Below, in pieces: positions 46,232-56,038 of a stretch of 64,000 bases of DNA. Position numbers and translations under genes: made by a program. The stretch is from the NCBI GenBank assembly GCA_035317605.1, contig DATHGT010000258.1, positions 18,477 through 82,476 of the forward strand, given 5' to 3'. This DNA comes from Candidatus Acidiferrum sp. (GTDB lineage: Bacteria > Methylomirabilota > Methylomirabilia > Rokubacteriales > CSP1-6). Position 1 is the first letter of the stretch. The number at the start of each line of letters is the position of its first letter. Below the pieces are notes generated by a model, which ran no database searches, was not told where the DNA came from, and saw nothing but the letters and a program-made list of their open reading frames with translations.

Positions 46232-47560
46232 CTACTGGCCCTCGTACACCTCGCGCTTGGCGACGCCGCGGTGGAGGGCGAGGTAGCGGTCGCGCGTCAA
46301 GCCGGGGGCGGCGTGGGCGAGGACCTCGCGGGCGCCGGCGGCGTCGTCCCAGAGCAGATCGACGACCATCGCGGCCAGGGCCTTGGCCGGCGCGACGTAG
46401 GCGAGCGCGGGATCCGCGATCGCGTAGTCGGCGGCGTGGCCGGTGCCGCGGGCGCCGCCCATGTAGGGGTGCAGGATCGGGATCACCTGGCTCAGGTCGC
46501 CCATGTCGGTCGACGCGGCGCGATGGCCGATCTCGCGATAGTGCTCGGCGCCCACGAGATCGATCGCGTTCTCCCTGAAGTAGCGCGCCATGGTGGCGTC
46601 GCAGCGGAGCGGCAAGTAGCCGGGCAGCGTCTCGATCTCGACACGCGCGCCGAGGGCGAGCGCGCCGGCCTTGAGCGCGCGGTCGACCTTGGCGTTGGCG
46701 TCGAGCACGCCTTCGAGGGTGCGCCCGCGCACGTAGGTCTCCAGCCGCGCCTCGCCCGGGATCACGTTCACCTGCGAGCCGCCGTGGGTCATGATCGGAT
46801 GGACGCGGATCGTGTCCTCGTCGCGGAACGTCTCGCGCACGGCGTTGATGGCCATGAGCCCGATGTGGGCCGCGTACAGCGCGTTGACGCCCGCGTGCGG
46901 GGCGCCGCCGGCGTGGGCCGCACGGCCGACGTAGCGCACGGTCTTGCCCACGCGCCCGTTGTTCGAGAGCGGGACTCCGGCCTTGCCGTCCTCGGCCCGC
47001 GACGTGGTGTGGATCATCATCGCCAGGTCAACGTCGTCGAAGTGGCCGAGGCGCAGCAATTCCTGCTTGCCGCCGAGCAGCTCGAGGTGGCCGGCCGCGC
47101 GCTGGGCCACTCGCCATTCGAGATCGCCGCCCTCCTCGGCGGGGACCGCGAAGAGCACCACGCGGCCGGCGAGGTGCTCCATCGCCCCCGTGGCGGTGAG
47201 TCCCATCGCCGCCCCCACGAGGCCCGCGACCTGAGCGTTGTGACCGCACGCGTGAGCGGCGCCGGTCGTGGGATCGGCCTCGGGGTGGCCGGCGACCACG
47301 AGCCCGTCCAGCTCGCCGAGGATCGCGAACGTCGGGCCGGCGCGCCGTCCGGCCAGCTCGCTCCGGACGCCGGTCGACGCGAGCCCGGTCTTCGTCGTGA
47401 GGCCCAGACTCTGAAACGTCTCGTCCACGAGCCGCGCGGTTCGGTGCTCCTTGAACCCCAGCTCGGGATGGCTCCGGATGCGCTCGCCGATGGCGACGAT
47501 GGCCTCCGCCCGCGCGTCGATCGCCGCGTAGATCCGCCCCTTCAGCTCCGTCTTGGTCAT
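46232..47560 (-). CDS. M20-family amidohydrolase / peptidase (M20D, AbgB/HipO-like)
   Basis: The protein shows HACGHNAQVAGLVGAAMGL...ETLPGY. Confidence 0.85.
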   Translation of the reverse strand: MTKTELKGRIYAAIDARAEAIVAIGERIRSHPELGFKEHRTARLVDETFQSLGLTTKTGLASTGVRSELAGRRAGPTFAILGELDGLVVAGHPEADPTTGAAHACGHNAQVAGLVGAAMGLTATGAMEHLAGRVVLFAVPAEEGGDLEWRVAQRAAGHLELLGGKQELLRLGHFDDVDLAMMIHTTSRAEDGKAGVPLSNNGRVGKTVRYVGRAAHAGGAPHAGVNALYAAHIGLMAINAVRETFRDEDTIRVHPIMTHGGSQVNVIPGEARLETYVRGRTLEGVLDANAKVDRALKAGALALGARVEIETLPGYLPLRCDATMARYFRENAIDLVGAEHYREIGHRAASTDMGDLSQVIPILHPYMGGARGTGHAADYAIADPALAYVAPAKALAAMVVDLLWDDAAGAREVLAHAAPGLTRDRYLALHRGVAKREVYEGQ

Positions 47561-47580
47561 GGTCGCGTATCATACCCGGC

Positions 47581-49614
47581 ATGAGCGAGCGACGGCGCGT
47601 GCGGACGATGTGCCCGATGAACTGTCACCCGACGCTGTGCGGAATGCTCGTGGACGTCGAGGACGGAAAGCTCGTCGGGGTGGCCGGCGATCCCGAGAAC
47701 CCGGACAGCCGGGGATTCCTCTGCGTGAGGGGCCAGGCCTCGCGCGAGATCATCGGCAACCCCGAGCGCCTGCTCTACCCGCTCGTGCGCGAGCGGCGCG
47801 GTGTGAACGCGTGGCGCCGGGCGAGCTGGGACGAGGCGCTCGATCGCATCGCCGAGCGCATGCGGGCGGCGGGTCCGCAGGCCGTCGGGCTCTGGTCGGG
47901 CCACGGGCTGGCCGCCAACAACTACGGCACCCGCGTCGCCTCGCACCTGAACCGCCGGTTCGCGAATCTCTACGGGTGCCAGTGGTGGAGCGGGACCATC
48001 ATCTGCTGGGGACTCGGCGCGTTCGGTCTCGGGCTCACCGGCATTCTCGAGGCGAGCACCAAGGAGGACATGGGCGAGCACTCGCGGATGATCGTGCTGT
48101 GGGGCGCGAACCTCGCGAGCCAGCCGAACACCGCGCCCCACGTGGTGGCCGCGCGGCGCCGCGGCGCCTACGTCGTCACCATCGACGTGCGCGAGACCGA
48201 ATCGGCGCGGCATTCCGACGAGACGATCCGCATCCGTCCCGGCACCGACGCCGCGCTGGCCCTCGGGATGATGCACGTGATCGTGGCCGAGGGACTCCAC
48301 GATCGCGAGTTCGTGGCGAATCACACCGTCGGCTTCGAGGCGCTCGTCGAGCACCTGGCGTCTCACACGCCGGAGTGGGCGGCACAGGTCACCGGCGTGG
48401 AGCCGGAGCGCATCCGTGCGCTGGCCCGCCGCTACGCGACGACCAAGCCCGCGATGATCCTGGTGGGCGGCAGCTCGATGCACAAGGGCAGCAACGGCTG
48501 GCAGGGCGCGCGCGCCGCGAGCTGCTTGCCGGCGCTCACCGGCGATCTCGGCCGTCCCGGCGCCGGGCTCGGCGTGCGTCACGGCGCCAGCACCCACGGT
48601 CAGGCCCTCACCGACATCACGCTGCCCGAGCGCCGCCCGCCCGGCGTCTACGTTCCGAACCAGATGTCGCGCATCACCGAAGCCCTGCTCGATCGTCGTC
48701 TGCGCGTGATCCTGCTCCTCGGCACGAACATGCTGTCGTCGTTCGCCGACGCGGATCAGGTCGCCACGGGGCTGGCCCGCCAGGACCTCGTGGTCAGCTA
48801 CGACCTCTTCATGAACGAGACCACGCGCCGCTCGGCCGACGTCGTGCTGCCGGCCACCTCGTGGCTGGAGGAGACCGGCTGCAAGAGCACCAACACGCAC
48901 CTCTACCTGATGCCGCGGGTGCTCGATCCGCCGGGCGAGTGCCGCTCGAACACGTGGGTGCTGCGCGAGCTGGCGCGCCGTCTCGATCTCGACGAGTTCT
49001 TTCCGTGGGCGGACGAGGCCGGCCCGATCGACGCGATCCTCGATCATCCGTCGACGGGCCACGCGACGGTGGCCGCGCTGGCCGCCGAGGGAGGGATGCG
49101 CGCGCTGCGGATCTCGCACGTGGCGTATCCGGACCTCGCGTTCGACACGCCGTCGGGGAAGGTCGAGCTCTATTCGGAGCGCGCGAAATCGCTCGGGCTC
49201 GCGCCCCTGCCCGAGCACGAGGATCTCCCGGCGTCGACGTATCCGCTGACGTTTCGCCAGGGCCGGACGCTCAATCACTTCCACGCCTTCTACGATCACG
49301 GCCGCGCGCTGCCCTCACTGGCCGCGGCCGATCCCGAGCCCGTGCTGTGGATCTCGCTCGCCGACGCCGCCGCGCGACGTCTCTCGGACGGCGCGGCGAT
49401 CCGCCTCTTCAACGAGCGCGGCGAGATGCGCGCGCGGGCGCGCGTGACCGACGCGATCGGCGCGGGCACGGTGTGGATGCGCGACGGCTGGGAGGGCCTG
49501 AACACGCTGACCTCCGGACGCGCGGTGGTCCCGGACGAGGCGGTCGACGTCTTCCAGTTCGGCGCCGGCCAGGCGTCGTTCGACGCGATGATCGAGGTAG
49601 CGCCCGCGTCCTAG
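47581..49614 (+). CDS. Molybdopterin (bis-MGD) oxidoreductase catalytic subunit, MopB superfamily
   Basis: The N-terminal [4Fe-4S] motif is CPMNCHPTLCGMLVDV...GFLCVRG. MopB domains II-IV follow, with a C-terminal beta-barrel. Confidence 0.85.
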   Translation: MSERRRVRTMCPMNCHPTLCGMLVDVEDGKLVGVAGDPENPDSRGFLCVRGQASREIIGNPERLLYPLVRERRGVNAWRRASWDEALDRIAERMRAAGPQAVGLWSGHGLAANNYGTRVASHLNRRFANLYGCQWWSGTIICWGLGAFGLGLTGILEASTKEDMGEHSRMIVLWGANLASQPNTAPHVVAARRRGAYVVTIDVRETESARHSDETIRIRPGTDAALALGMMHVIVAEGLHDREFVANHTVGFEALVEHLASHTPEWAAQVTGVEPERIRALARRYATTKPAMILVGGSSMHKGSNGWQGARAASCLPALTGDLGRPGAGLGVRHGASTHGQALTDITLPERRPPGVYVPNQMSRITEALLDRRLRVILLLGTNMLSSFADADQVATGLARQDLVVSYDLFMNETTRRSADVVLPATSWLEETGCKSTNTHLYLMPRVLDPPGECRSNTWVLRELARRLDLDEFFPWADEAGPIDAILDHPSTGHATVAALAAEGGMRALRISHVAYPDLAFDTPSGKVELYSERAKSLGLAPLPEHEDLPASTYPLTFRQGRTLNHFHAFYDHGRALPSLAAADPEPVLWISLADAAARRLSDGAAIRLFNERGEMRARARVTDAIGAGTVWMRDGWEGLNTLTSGRAVVPDEAVDVFQFGAGQASFDAMIEVAPAS

Positions 49615-49615
49615 C

Positions 49616-50587
49616 TCAGCGCGGCGGCGGCTGGCGCAGCCAGCCCACGTACGCCGCGACACCGGAGTCGAGGTCGTAGCGCGGGGTCCAGCCGAGATCG
49701 CGACGGAGGCGGTCGGCCGAGAGCACGCCGCGAGTGAGCGCGGGCCAGCGTGAGGGCTCGTCGGGAACGCGCTCGATCTCGACGCCGGGCACCGCGCGGG
49801 CGATCGCGGCCAGCGTGTCTTCCGTGGTCGCGCCCTTCCCCCATCCGACGTTGTAGACGGCGTGAGGCAGTCGTTCGGCGAGCAGCACGGCGGCGATTCC
49901 GGAGGCGACGTCGTCCAGGTAGATGGGATCGCGGAGCGCTCCCGGCGGACCGCCGATGCGCAGGGTCTCGCCGCGCAGGGCCGCGCGGGTCCAATCGTTG
50001 ATCGCCGAGAGCAGCGGCCGCGAGCCGGTGTCGCGCTCGAACGCGCCGAACGGGGAGGCGAGCCGGACCACCGCGACCTCGAGCGCGTTGGCGGCGGCGT
50101 AGCGCGCGGCGAGGGCCTCGGCCGCCCACTTGGTGATCGGATAGACGCCCTGCGGCTGCGGGACGGCGTCTTCGGTGACCGGGTCGCGGTCCGCACGCGT
50201 CCCGTACACGCTGCCGCTGGAGACGACGACGGTCCGCTGCCCGCCGAATTCTCGAATCGCCTCCAGCACGTGCAGGGTTCCCAGCACGTTGACCCGTGTG
50301 GTCTCCACGAACCGCCCGCGCTCGGCCTCGGGCGGAATCGCGGTGATGGCCGCGCCGTGCACGACGCGCTCGGGCCGCACGTCGCCGATCAGCGAACGCA
50401 CCGCCCCCGCGTCGGTGACGTCGAGCTGGCGGAACGTCACCGATCCGCCGAGCCCGTCGAGGTGACCGCGCAGCGCCGCGTCGGGCAGATGCAGGTCGGC
50501 CGCGACCACGGCATGGCCACGCTCGGCCAGACACCACGCGAGCCCCGACATCACGAACCCCGTCGCCCCGGTGATCAGGATGGTCAT
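49616..50587 (-). CDS. NAD-dependent epimerase/dehydratase (extended SDR)
   Basis: MTILITGATGFV...YxxxK region. Confidence 0.85.
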   Translation of the reverse strand: MTILITGATGFVMSGLAWCLAERGHAVVAADLHLPDAALRGHLDGLGGSVTFRQLDVTDAGAVRSLIGDVRPERVVHGAAITAIPPEAERGRFVETTRVNVLGTLHVLEAIREFGGQRTVVVSSGSVYGTRADRDPVTEDAVPQPQGVYPITKWAAEALAARYAAANALEVAVVRLASPFGAFERDTGSRPLLSAINDWTRAALRGETLRIGGPPGALRDPIYLDDVASGIAAVLLAERLPHAVYNVGWGKGATTEDTLAAIARAVPGVEIERVPDEPSRWPALTRGVLSADRLRRDLGWTPRYDLDSGVAAYVGWLRQPPPR

Positions 50588-50590
50588 GGC

Positions 50591-52054
50591 TCAGTGACCC
50601 GGTAGATAGCCGCCCAGCGCGGTCTTCGGCCACTTCGCCTGGGTCAGGAGCCAGTCGCGCGATTCACCGGCGAGCCGCCGCAAGCGGGCGACGTCCACGC
50701 CGACCAGCTCGCCTTTCCACTTCTTCACGCGGCCGCCGACCAGCACGGTGTCCACGTTGCTGGTGTCCATGCCGAGCACGATCGCGCCGTAGGCGTGATT
50801 GAGCGGCATCACGTTGATCGCGTCCGCCTTCAGCAGGACGACGTCGGCCTCCTTGCCGGGGGTGAGCGAGCCGACCGTGCGCTCGAGGTGATTCACGCGG
50901 GCGCCGCCCAGCGTGGCGGCCTCGACGACCTGCTTCACGGTCATCAGCGGCGGCGCGTTCTTCTCGCCCGCGCGCTCGCGCTGGAAGATCTGCATGCGCT
51001 GGAGCAGGAAGGCCGTGCGCATCTGGGTGAAGAACTCCGAGGGGATCTCGGTCTCCACGTCGTTGCTGAGCGAGAGCGGGATCTTCAGATCGAGGGCCTG
51101 CTGGTACGGGGGCACGCCGTGTCCCATCTCCATCTCGATCGGTCCCGCGATCGAGACGCCGCCGCCGGAGTCGGCGATCAGCGTCCACTCCGCCGGCGCC
51201 AGGTTGCAGCAGTGGATGTAGGTGACGTCGGGCCCCAGCGATCGCGCGAGCGGCAGGAGCTGGTTGGTCCCGTTGACGTGCAGGGTGATGGGCGCGCCGA
51301 CCTCGCGCCCCGCCGCCCAGTGCGTCGGATCGAACGCGGTGGCCAGGGCCAAGGTGACGAGCTGGTCCTCGCTGGAGAAGTACTGCCGGCGTAGCCGCTT
51401 GATGTCGCCGGGATACTGGTTCTTCGGCCCGGCCGCGCCGGTGCCGTAGCCGTAGACCGCGCGGATCCCCGACTCCTGGAGGCCACGGATCGCGGCGTCG
51501 GAGTGCTCGGGCGTGTTGGAGATGTGCGACCAGTCCAGGAGCGTGGTGATCCCGGAATTCAGCGCGCCCCACGCGCTCAGGAGGTCGCCGACGTACACGT
51601 CGTCGGCCCGGTACACCCCGCGCGCCGTCGCGCCGATGTCGCGAAAGTAATCCGGATCGAGCCGGCCGTTGGGCAGGATGTTGCGGAGCTGCCCCTGCCA
51701 GGTGTGGCGGTGGGTGTCGACGAAGCCCGGCAGGACGAGCATGTTCGAACAGTCGATCTCGCTCGCCGAGGCCTGGAGATTCGGCCCCACCGCGGCGATC
51801 TTCGAGCCCTCGATCAACACGTCGGCGCGGTCGAAGTCGCCGAGCTGGGGATCCATGGTCAGGACCACGCCGCCCCTGAGCAGAACGCGCTGCCCCGACG
51901 CGCCCGCGGGCGGCGCGCCCGTCGCGCACCCCGCCAGCGCGGCGCCGGCCGCGGCGCTGGCCATCACTCCCACCGCGCCCGAGCCCAGGAATTCCCGGCG
52001 TGACACCCGGTGCGCTGCGGCGGCCGTCTCCGGCGTGATGGTCGTGTCGTCCAT
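50591..52054 (-). CDS. Amidohydrolase-superfamily metal-dependent hydrolase with Tat signal
   Basis: The Tat signal is MDDTTITPETAAAAHRVSRREFLGSGAVGVMASAAAGAALAG. The metal ligands are LPGFVDTHRHTWQ and ...HVNG...D. The start is M49 of ORF 50591..52198. Confidence 0.8.
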   Translation of the reverse strand: MDDTTITPETAAAAHRVSRREFLGSGAVGVMASAAAGAALAGCATGAPPAGASGQRVLLRGGVVLTMDPQLGDFDRADVLIEGSKIAAVGPNLQASASEIDCSNMLVLPGFVDTHRHTWQGQLRNILPNGRLDPDYFRDIGATARGVYRADDVYVGDLLSAWGALNSGITTLLDWSHISNTPEHSDAAIRGLQESGIRAVYGYGTGAAGPKNQYPGDIKRLRRQYFSSEDQLVTLALATAFDPTHWAAGREVGAPITLHVNGTNQLLPLARSLGPDVTYIHCCNLAPAEWTLIADSGGGVSIAGPIEMEMGHGVPPYQQALDLKIPLSLSNDVETEIPSEFFTQMRTAFLLQRMQIFQRERAGEKNAPPLMTVKQVVEAATLGGARVNHLERTVGSLTPGKEADVVLLKADAINVMPLNHAYGAIVLGMDTSNVDTVLVGGRVKKWKGELVGVDVARLRRLAGESRDWLLTQAKWPKTALGGYLPGH

Positions 52055-52150
52055 GGCGCTCCTCCCGCGACGCGGTGGTCGTGTGCGTGGCGAGTCTACT
52101 CCTTCCCCTCGATCCCGAGCGCGCGGCGACGCAATAGGGGCACGTTCTCC

Positions 52151-52180
52151 TTGCGTCGGCGCGCGGCCGCCGATTATAGT
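52151..52180 (+). promoter_or_regulatory. Candidate sigma70-type promoter for the lipase gene (-35 TTGCGT / 18 nt / -10 TATAGT)
   Basis: TTGCGTcggcgcgcggccgccgatTATAGT. The context cgaTTATAGTgccgc resembles cgtTATAGTagccgc at 53232. Confidence 0.35.
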
Positions 52181-52245
52181 GCCGCCCTGGGCGGTCACAC
52201 CGCCCGCATGACGTGCACGGTCGGGGCCGACAAGGAGGAATACTC

Positions 52246-53133
52246 ATGGGTGACATCAAGTTCGTGCCGCAGGGCTTCAAGCCGAGCGTGGCCGCCGAGC
52301 TGGGGAATCTCGTCGTGGCCGCCTACGATCAGTTCAAGACGCCGGTCGGTCGACCATCGAAGTGGGAGTTGTCCGCCCCCTACCAGCTCATCGCCGAGTT
52401 CTCGGCCGCACCTCCCAAGCACGGCGTCGAGAAATTCGGCTTCGTGGCCAGACGGATGGACACCGGCGATTTCTACGTCATCTTCCGGGGCACGCAGACT
52501 CCCGGCGACTGGCTGGCCAACATCGACTTCCTTCAGGTCCCTCAGCCGGACGGCTGGGGGAAGGCCGAGCGCGGCTTCGCCGCCGTCTACAACGGAAGCG
52601 CGCCGACGATCATCAACGCGCTCAAGAACGCCGGCAACCCCGGGCACGTCTTCGTGGCCGGCCACAGCCTGGGAGGATCGCTGGCCACCCTGTGCACCGC
52701 CGACGTTCAGAGGACCCTCGGCGCCACCACCACGCTGTATGCGTTCGCCTCGCCACGCACGGGCGATCCCACGTTCGCCGGCCGCTTCAACAAGGACTGT
52801 CCGGTCACGTGGCGGATCGTCAACACCGAGGACATCGTGAACACGGTGCCGCTGGCCGCGACCGCGGTGACGGAGCTGAACCTCGAGGGCCTGGACCACG
52901 TGGCGCAACAGATCGAGAGAATCCCCGGGTTCGGTTCTCCGCTGAAAACGCATCTCGGGCGGGTCCGATCGCTCTTCGACGGCGAACGGTACCACCACGT
53001 GGGCGCGTCGGTCGACTTCACCCAGCACAATGGCAACATCATCGACAACCACGAGATGAAGACGTACTTGACGGCCCTGGGCGTCAAGATCGAGACGCCG
53101 CTCGCGGACACCGCGGCGGCCAGCGAGCGCTGA
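52246..53133 (+). CDS. Class-3 (fungal-type) lipase family protein
   Basis: GHSLGGSLA is the nucleophile elbow. AAGGAGGA sits 6 nt before ATG 52246 (M12 of the listed ORF). Confidence 0.85.
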   Translation: MGDIKFVPQGFKPSVAAELGNLVVAAYDQFKTPVGRPSKWELSAPYQLIAEFSAAPPKHGVEKFGFVARRMDTGDFYVIFRGTQTPGDWLANIDFLQVPQPDGWGKAERGFAAVYNGSAPTIINALKNAGNPGHVFVAGHSLGGSLATLCTADVQRTLGATTTLYAFASPRTGDPTFAGRFNKDCPVTWRIVNTEDIVNTVPLAATAVTELNLEGLDHVAQQIERIPGFGSPLKTHLGRVRSLFDGERYHHVGASVDFTQHNGNIIDNHEMKTYLTALGVKIETPLADTAAASER

Positions 53134-53167
53134 GCTCGGCCCGCCGCGCCGCCTGACGGAGGTTCCC

Positions 53168-53185
53168 CGGACGCACCCGCGTCCG
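53168..53185 (+). terminator. Hairpin after the lipase stop
   Basis: CGGACGC-accc-GCGTCCG forms a 7-bp perfect stem ~35 nt after the TGA, with no U-tract. Confidence 0.35.
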
Positions 53186-53250
53186 TCGACGACGCCGCCA
53201 CGGTTTCGTCACGGACGCGGGCTCGCCGAATCGTTATAGTAGCCGCACCG

Positions 53251-53622
53251 ATGGACCGGGTCTTCTTCGGGCTGGGCGCGCTCTCGGGAGCGCTGGCCGT
53301 CGCGCTGGGCGCGTTCGCCGCGCACGGGCTACGGTCGCGGATCGGCGCCGACGCGCTGGCCACGTTCGAGACCGGAGCGCGCTACCACATGTATCACGCG
53401 CTCGCGCTGCTCGCGGTGGCGTGGGCGTGCGCGCGCTGGCCGGGCGCGTGGACCAGCGCGGCCGGCTGGCTGTTCGTGGCCGGGACCCTCCTCTTCTCGG
53501 GAAGCTTGTATCTGCTCGCGATCACGGGTGTCCGCGCGCTCGGCGCGATCACCCCGCTCGGCGGACTCGCCTTCATGCTCGGCTGGCTCGCGCTGGCCTG
53601 GGCGGCGTGGACCGGGCGGTGA
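53251..53622 (+). CDS. DUF423-family small membrane protein
   Basis: MDRVFFGLGALSGALAVALGAFAAHGL... with 4 TM helices. The -10-like TATAGT ends 10 nt before the ATG (near-leaderless). Confidence 0.7.
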   Translation: MDRVFFGLGALSGALAVALGAFAAHGLRSRIGADALATFETGARYHMYHALALLAVAWACARWPGAWTSAAGWLFVAGTLLFSGSLYLLAITGVRALGAITPLGGLAFMLGWLALAWAAWTGR

Positions 53623-54731
53623 CGTCGTCGGCGATCTCCCTCCGTCACGTCAGCAAACTCTGGGGCACGACGCGGGCCGTCGACGACGTGAGCTTCGACG
53701 CTCACGCGGGCCAGCTGCTGGTCTTGCTCGGGCCGTCGGGGTGCGGGAAGTCCACCACCCTGCGGCTGATCGCGGGGCTCGAGGCGGTGAGCGCGGGGCG
53801 CATTCACATCGGCGAGCAGGACGTGACCGCGCTGCAGCCGGCGCGCCGGCAGATCGCGATGGTGTTCCAGTCGTACGCGCTCTTCCCGCACCTCACGGTG
53901 GCCGAGAACATCGTGTTCGGGTTGCGGGTGCGACGAGTCGGGGCGAGCGAGCGGCAGCGCCGGCTCGCGCGGACCGCCGAGCTGCTCGGGCTCGAGCGTC
54001 TGCTCGACCGCAAGCCCTCGCAGCTCTCGGGCGGTCAGCAGCAGCGCGTGGCGCTCGGCCGGGCCATCATCGCCGAGAAGCCCGTGTGCCTGATGGACGA
54101 GCCGCTGTCGAACCTCGACGCCCAGCTTCGCCAGGAGATGCGGCGCGAGATCCGCTCGCTCCAGCAGACGCTGGGGATCACGATGGTCTACGTCACTCAC
54201 GACCAGGTGGAGGCGATGACCATGGCCGATCGGGTCGTCCTGCTGCGCGAGGGACGCGTGGAGCAGGACGCCACGCCGGTCGAGCTGTACCGGCATCCCG
54301 CCACGGTCTTTGCCGCGCGCTTCATCGGCACGCCGCCCATGAACGTCCTGGCTCTCGAGGACGCGCCGGGCGGCGCCGTGGTGCGGGGCACCGACGGGCC
54401 CACGGTGTCGCCGGGCCCGGGCGCGGGCGTGCTCCTCGGCGTGCGGCCGGAAGACGTCTCGCTCACGAGCGGACCCGGCCTGGCCGCGCGGGTGGCGACG
54501 ATCGAGTATCTGGGCGCTGATTCCATCGTGACCTGCGCGGGGGGCGGCCAGAGCCTCGCCGTGCGCGCTCCCGGGCGCGTGGATCTGGCCGCGGGCGCGG
54601 TCGTCACCCTCGCCTGGAAGCCCGACGCCGTGCACCTCTTCGACGCCGCCACGGGGATGCGCCTTGACCGACTGGGGGGCCCCTGCGGCTCCCCCCAGAC
54701 CCCCCCAACGCGCGTGTTGATCCGTCGGTGA
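53619..54731 (+). CDS. Sugar-type ABC transporter ATP-binding protein (UgpC/MalK-like)
   Basis: Walker A is GPSGCGKST, the signature is LSGGQQQRVALGRA, Walker B is CLMDEP, and a TOBE domain follows. The GTG start overlaps the DUF423 stop. Confidence 0.9.
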   Translation: MTSSAISLRHVSKLWGTTRAVDDVSFDAHAGQLLVLLGPSGCGKSTTLRLIAGLEAVSAGRIHIGEQDVTALQPARRQIAMVFQSYALFPHLTVAENIVFGLRVRRVGASERQRRLARTAELLGLERLLDRKPSQLSGGQQQRVALGRAIIAEKPVCLMDEPLSNLDAQLRQEMRREIRSLQQTLGITMVYVTHDQVEAMTMADRVVLLREGRVEQDATPVELYRHPATVFAARFIGTPPMNVLALEDAPGGAVVRGTDGPTVSPGPGAGVLLGVRPEDVSLTSGPGLAARVATIEYLGADSIVTCAGGGQSLAVRAPGRVDLAAGAVVTLAWKPDAVHLFDAATGMRLDRLGGPCGSPQTPPTRVLIRR

Positions 54732-54751
54732 TTTCCCAAGGAGGCTTCACC

Positions 54752-56038
54752 ATGAGATTCGTGACCGCAGTATTCGTCGCCGTCACCGGCCTGATGCTCG
54801 GCGCCGCGCCCGCCGCCTCCCAGACCGCGGACATCACCTTTTACTATCCGGTGGCGGTGGGCGGGCCGGTCACCAAGATCGTGGACGGCCTCGCCGCCGA
54901 CTTCATGAAAGAGAACCCGGGCATCAAGGTGAAGCCGATCTACGCGGGGACCTACCAGGAGACGATCGTCAAGGTGCTGACCGCGGCCAAGAGCGGGGAG
55001 GCGCCGCAGACCGCGATCCTGCTCTCCACCGACATGTTCACGCTGATCGACGAGGACGCCGTCGTCCCCTTCGACGACGCGATCAAGACCGCCGAGGACA
55101 AGGCGTGGCTGGCCAGCTTCTTCGGGGCCTTCATGCTCAACAGCCGCACCGGCGGCAAGACGTGGGGCATTCCGTTCCAGCGCTCCACCATCGTTCTGTA
55201 CTGGAACAAGGAAGCGTTCAAGGAGGCGGGGCTCGACCCCAACAAGCCACCGACGACCTGGACCGAGCAGGTCGAGTACGCCAGGAAGCTGACCAAGCAC
55301 GACGCGAGCGGTCACGTCACCCAGTGGGGCGTGCAGGTCCCGTCGTCGGGATTCCCCTACTGGCTCTTCCAGGGGTTCACCACCCAGAACGACGTGCTGC
55401 TGATGAACGACGCGGGGACGCAGACGTTCTTCGACAAGCCCGCGGTCGTCGAGGCGCTCCAACACTGGGTCGACCTCGGCCAGAAACACAAGGTGATGGC
55501 GCCGGGCGTGATCGAGTGGGGCACCACGCCGAAGGATTTCTTCGAGCGCAAGACCGCGATGATGTGGACGACCACCGGCAACCTCACCAACGTGAAGAAC
55601 AACGCCAAGTTCGAGTTCGGCGTGGCCATGCTGCCGGCGGGCAAGCGCCGCGGATCGCCGACGGGCGGCGGCAACTTCTACCTGTTCAAGAAGAACACCC
55701 CGGCCCAGCAGGCGGCGGTGCTGAAGTTCGTCAAGTGGATCACCTCGCCCGAGCGCGCGGCCCAGTGGGGCATCGACACCGGCTACGTGGCCGTGCGCGC
55801 CGACGCGTGGGAGACGCCGGCCATGAAGAAATACGTGGCCGGGTTCCCGGCCGCCGCCGTCGCGCGCGACCAGCTGCCGCACGCGGTGGCGGAGCTGTCG
55901 ACTCACGAGAACCAGCGCGTGACCAAGGCGCTGAACGACGGCCTGCAAGCCGCGCTCACCGGCGCCAAGACTCCCGCGCAGGCGATGAAGGACGCCCAGG
56001 CCGAGGCTGAGCGCATCCTGAGATCGCACCGGCGGTGA
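54752..56038 (+). CDS. ABC transporter extracellular solute-binding protein, family 1 (sugar-type)
   Basis: The signal is MRFVTAVFVAVTGLMLGAAPAAS. AAGGAGG sits 6 nt before the ATG. Confidence 0.85.
   Translation: MRFVTAVFVAVTGLMLGAAPAASQTADITFYYPVAVGGPVTKIVDGLAADFMKENPGIKVKPIYAGTYQETIVKVLTAAKSGEAPQTAILLSTDMFTLIDEDAVVPFDDAIKTAEDKAWLASFFGAFMLNSRTGGKTWGIPFQRSTIVLYWNKEAFKEAGLDPNKPPTTWTEQVEYARKLTKHDASGHVTQWGVQVPSSGFPYWLFQGFTTQNDVLLMNDAGTQTFFDKPAVVEALQHWVDLGQKHKVMAPGVIEWGTTPKDFFERKTAMMWTTTGNLTNVKNNAKFEFGVAMLPAGKRRGSPTGGGNFYLFKKNTPAQQAAVLKFVKWITSPERAAQWGIDTGYVAVRADAWETPAMKKYVAGFPAAAVARDQLPHAVAELSTHENQRVTKALNDGLQAALTGAKTPAQAMKDAQAEAERILRSHRR

Noticed and set aside
46271-47584. 437-aa + strand ORF antisense to the M20 amidohydrolase; 47557..49299 - strand ORF antisense to the MopB gene; 58864..60603 and 62425..63486 + strand ORFs antisense to ABC genes
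   Set aside because: Shadow ORFs with no domain signatures. The partner strand has strong family motifs.
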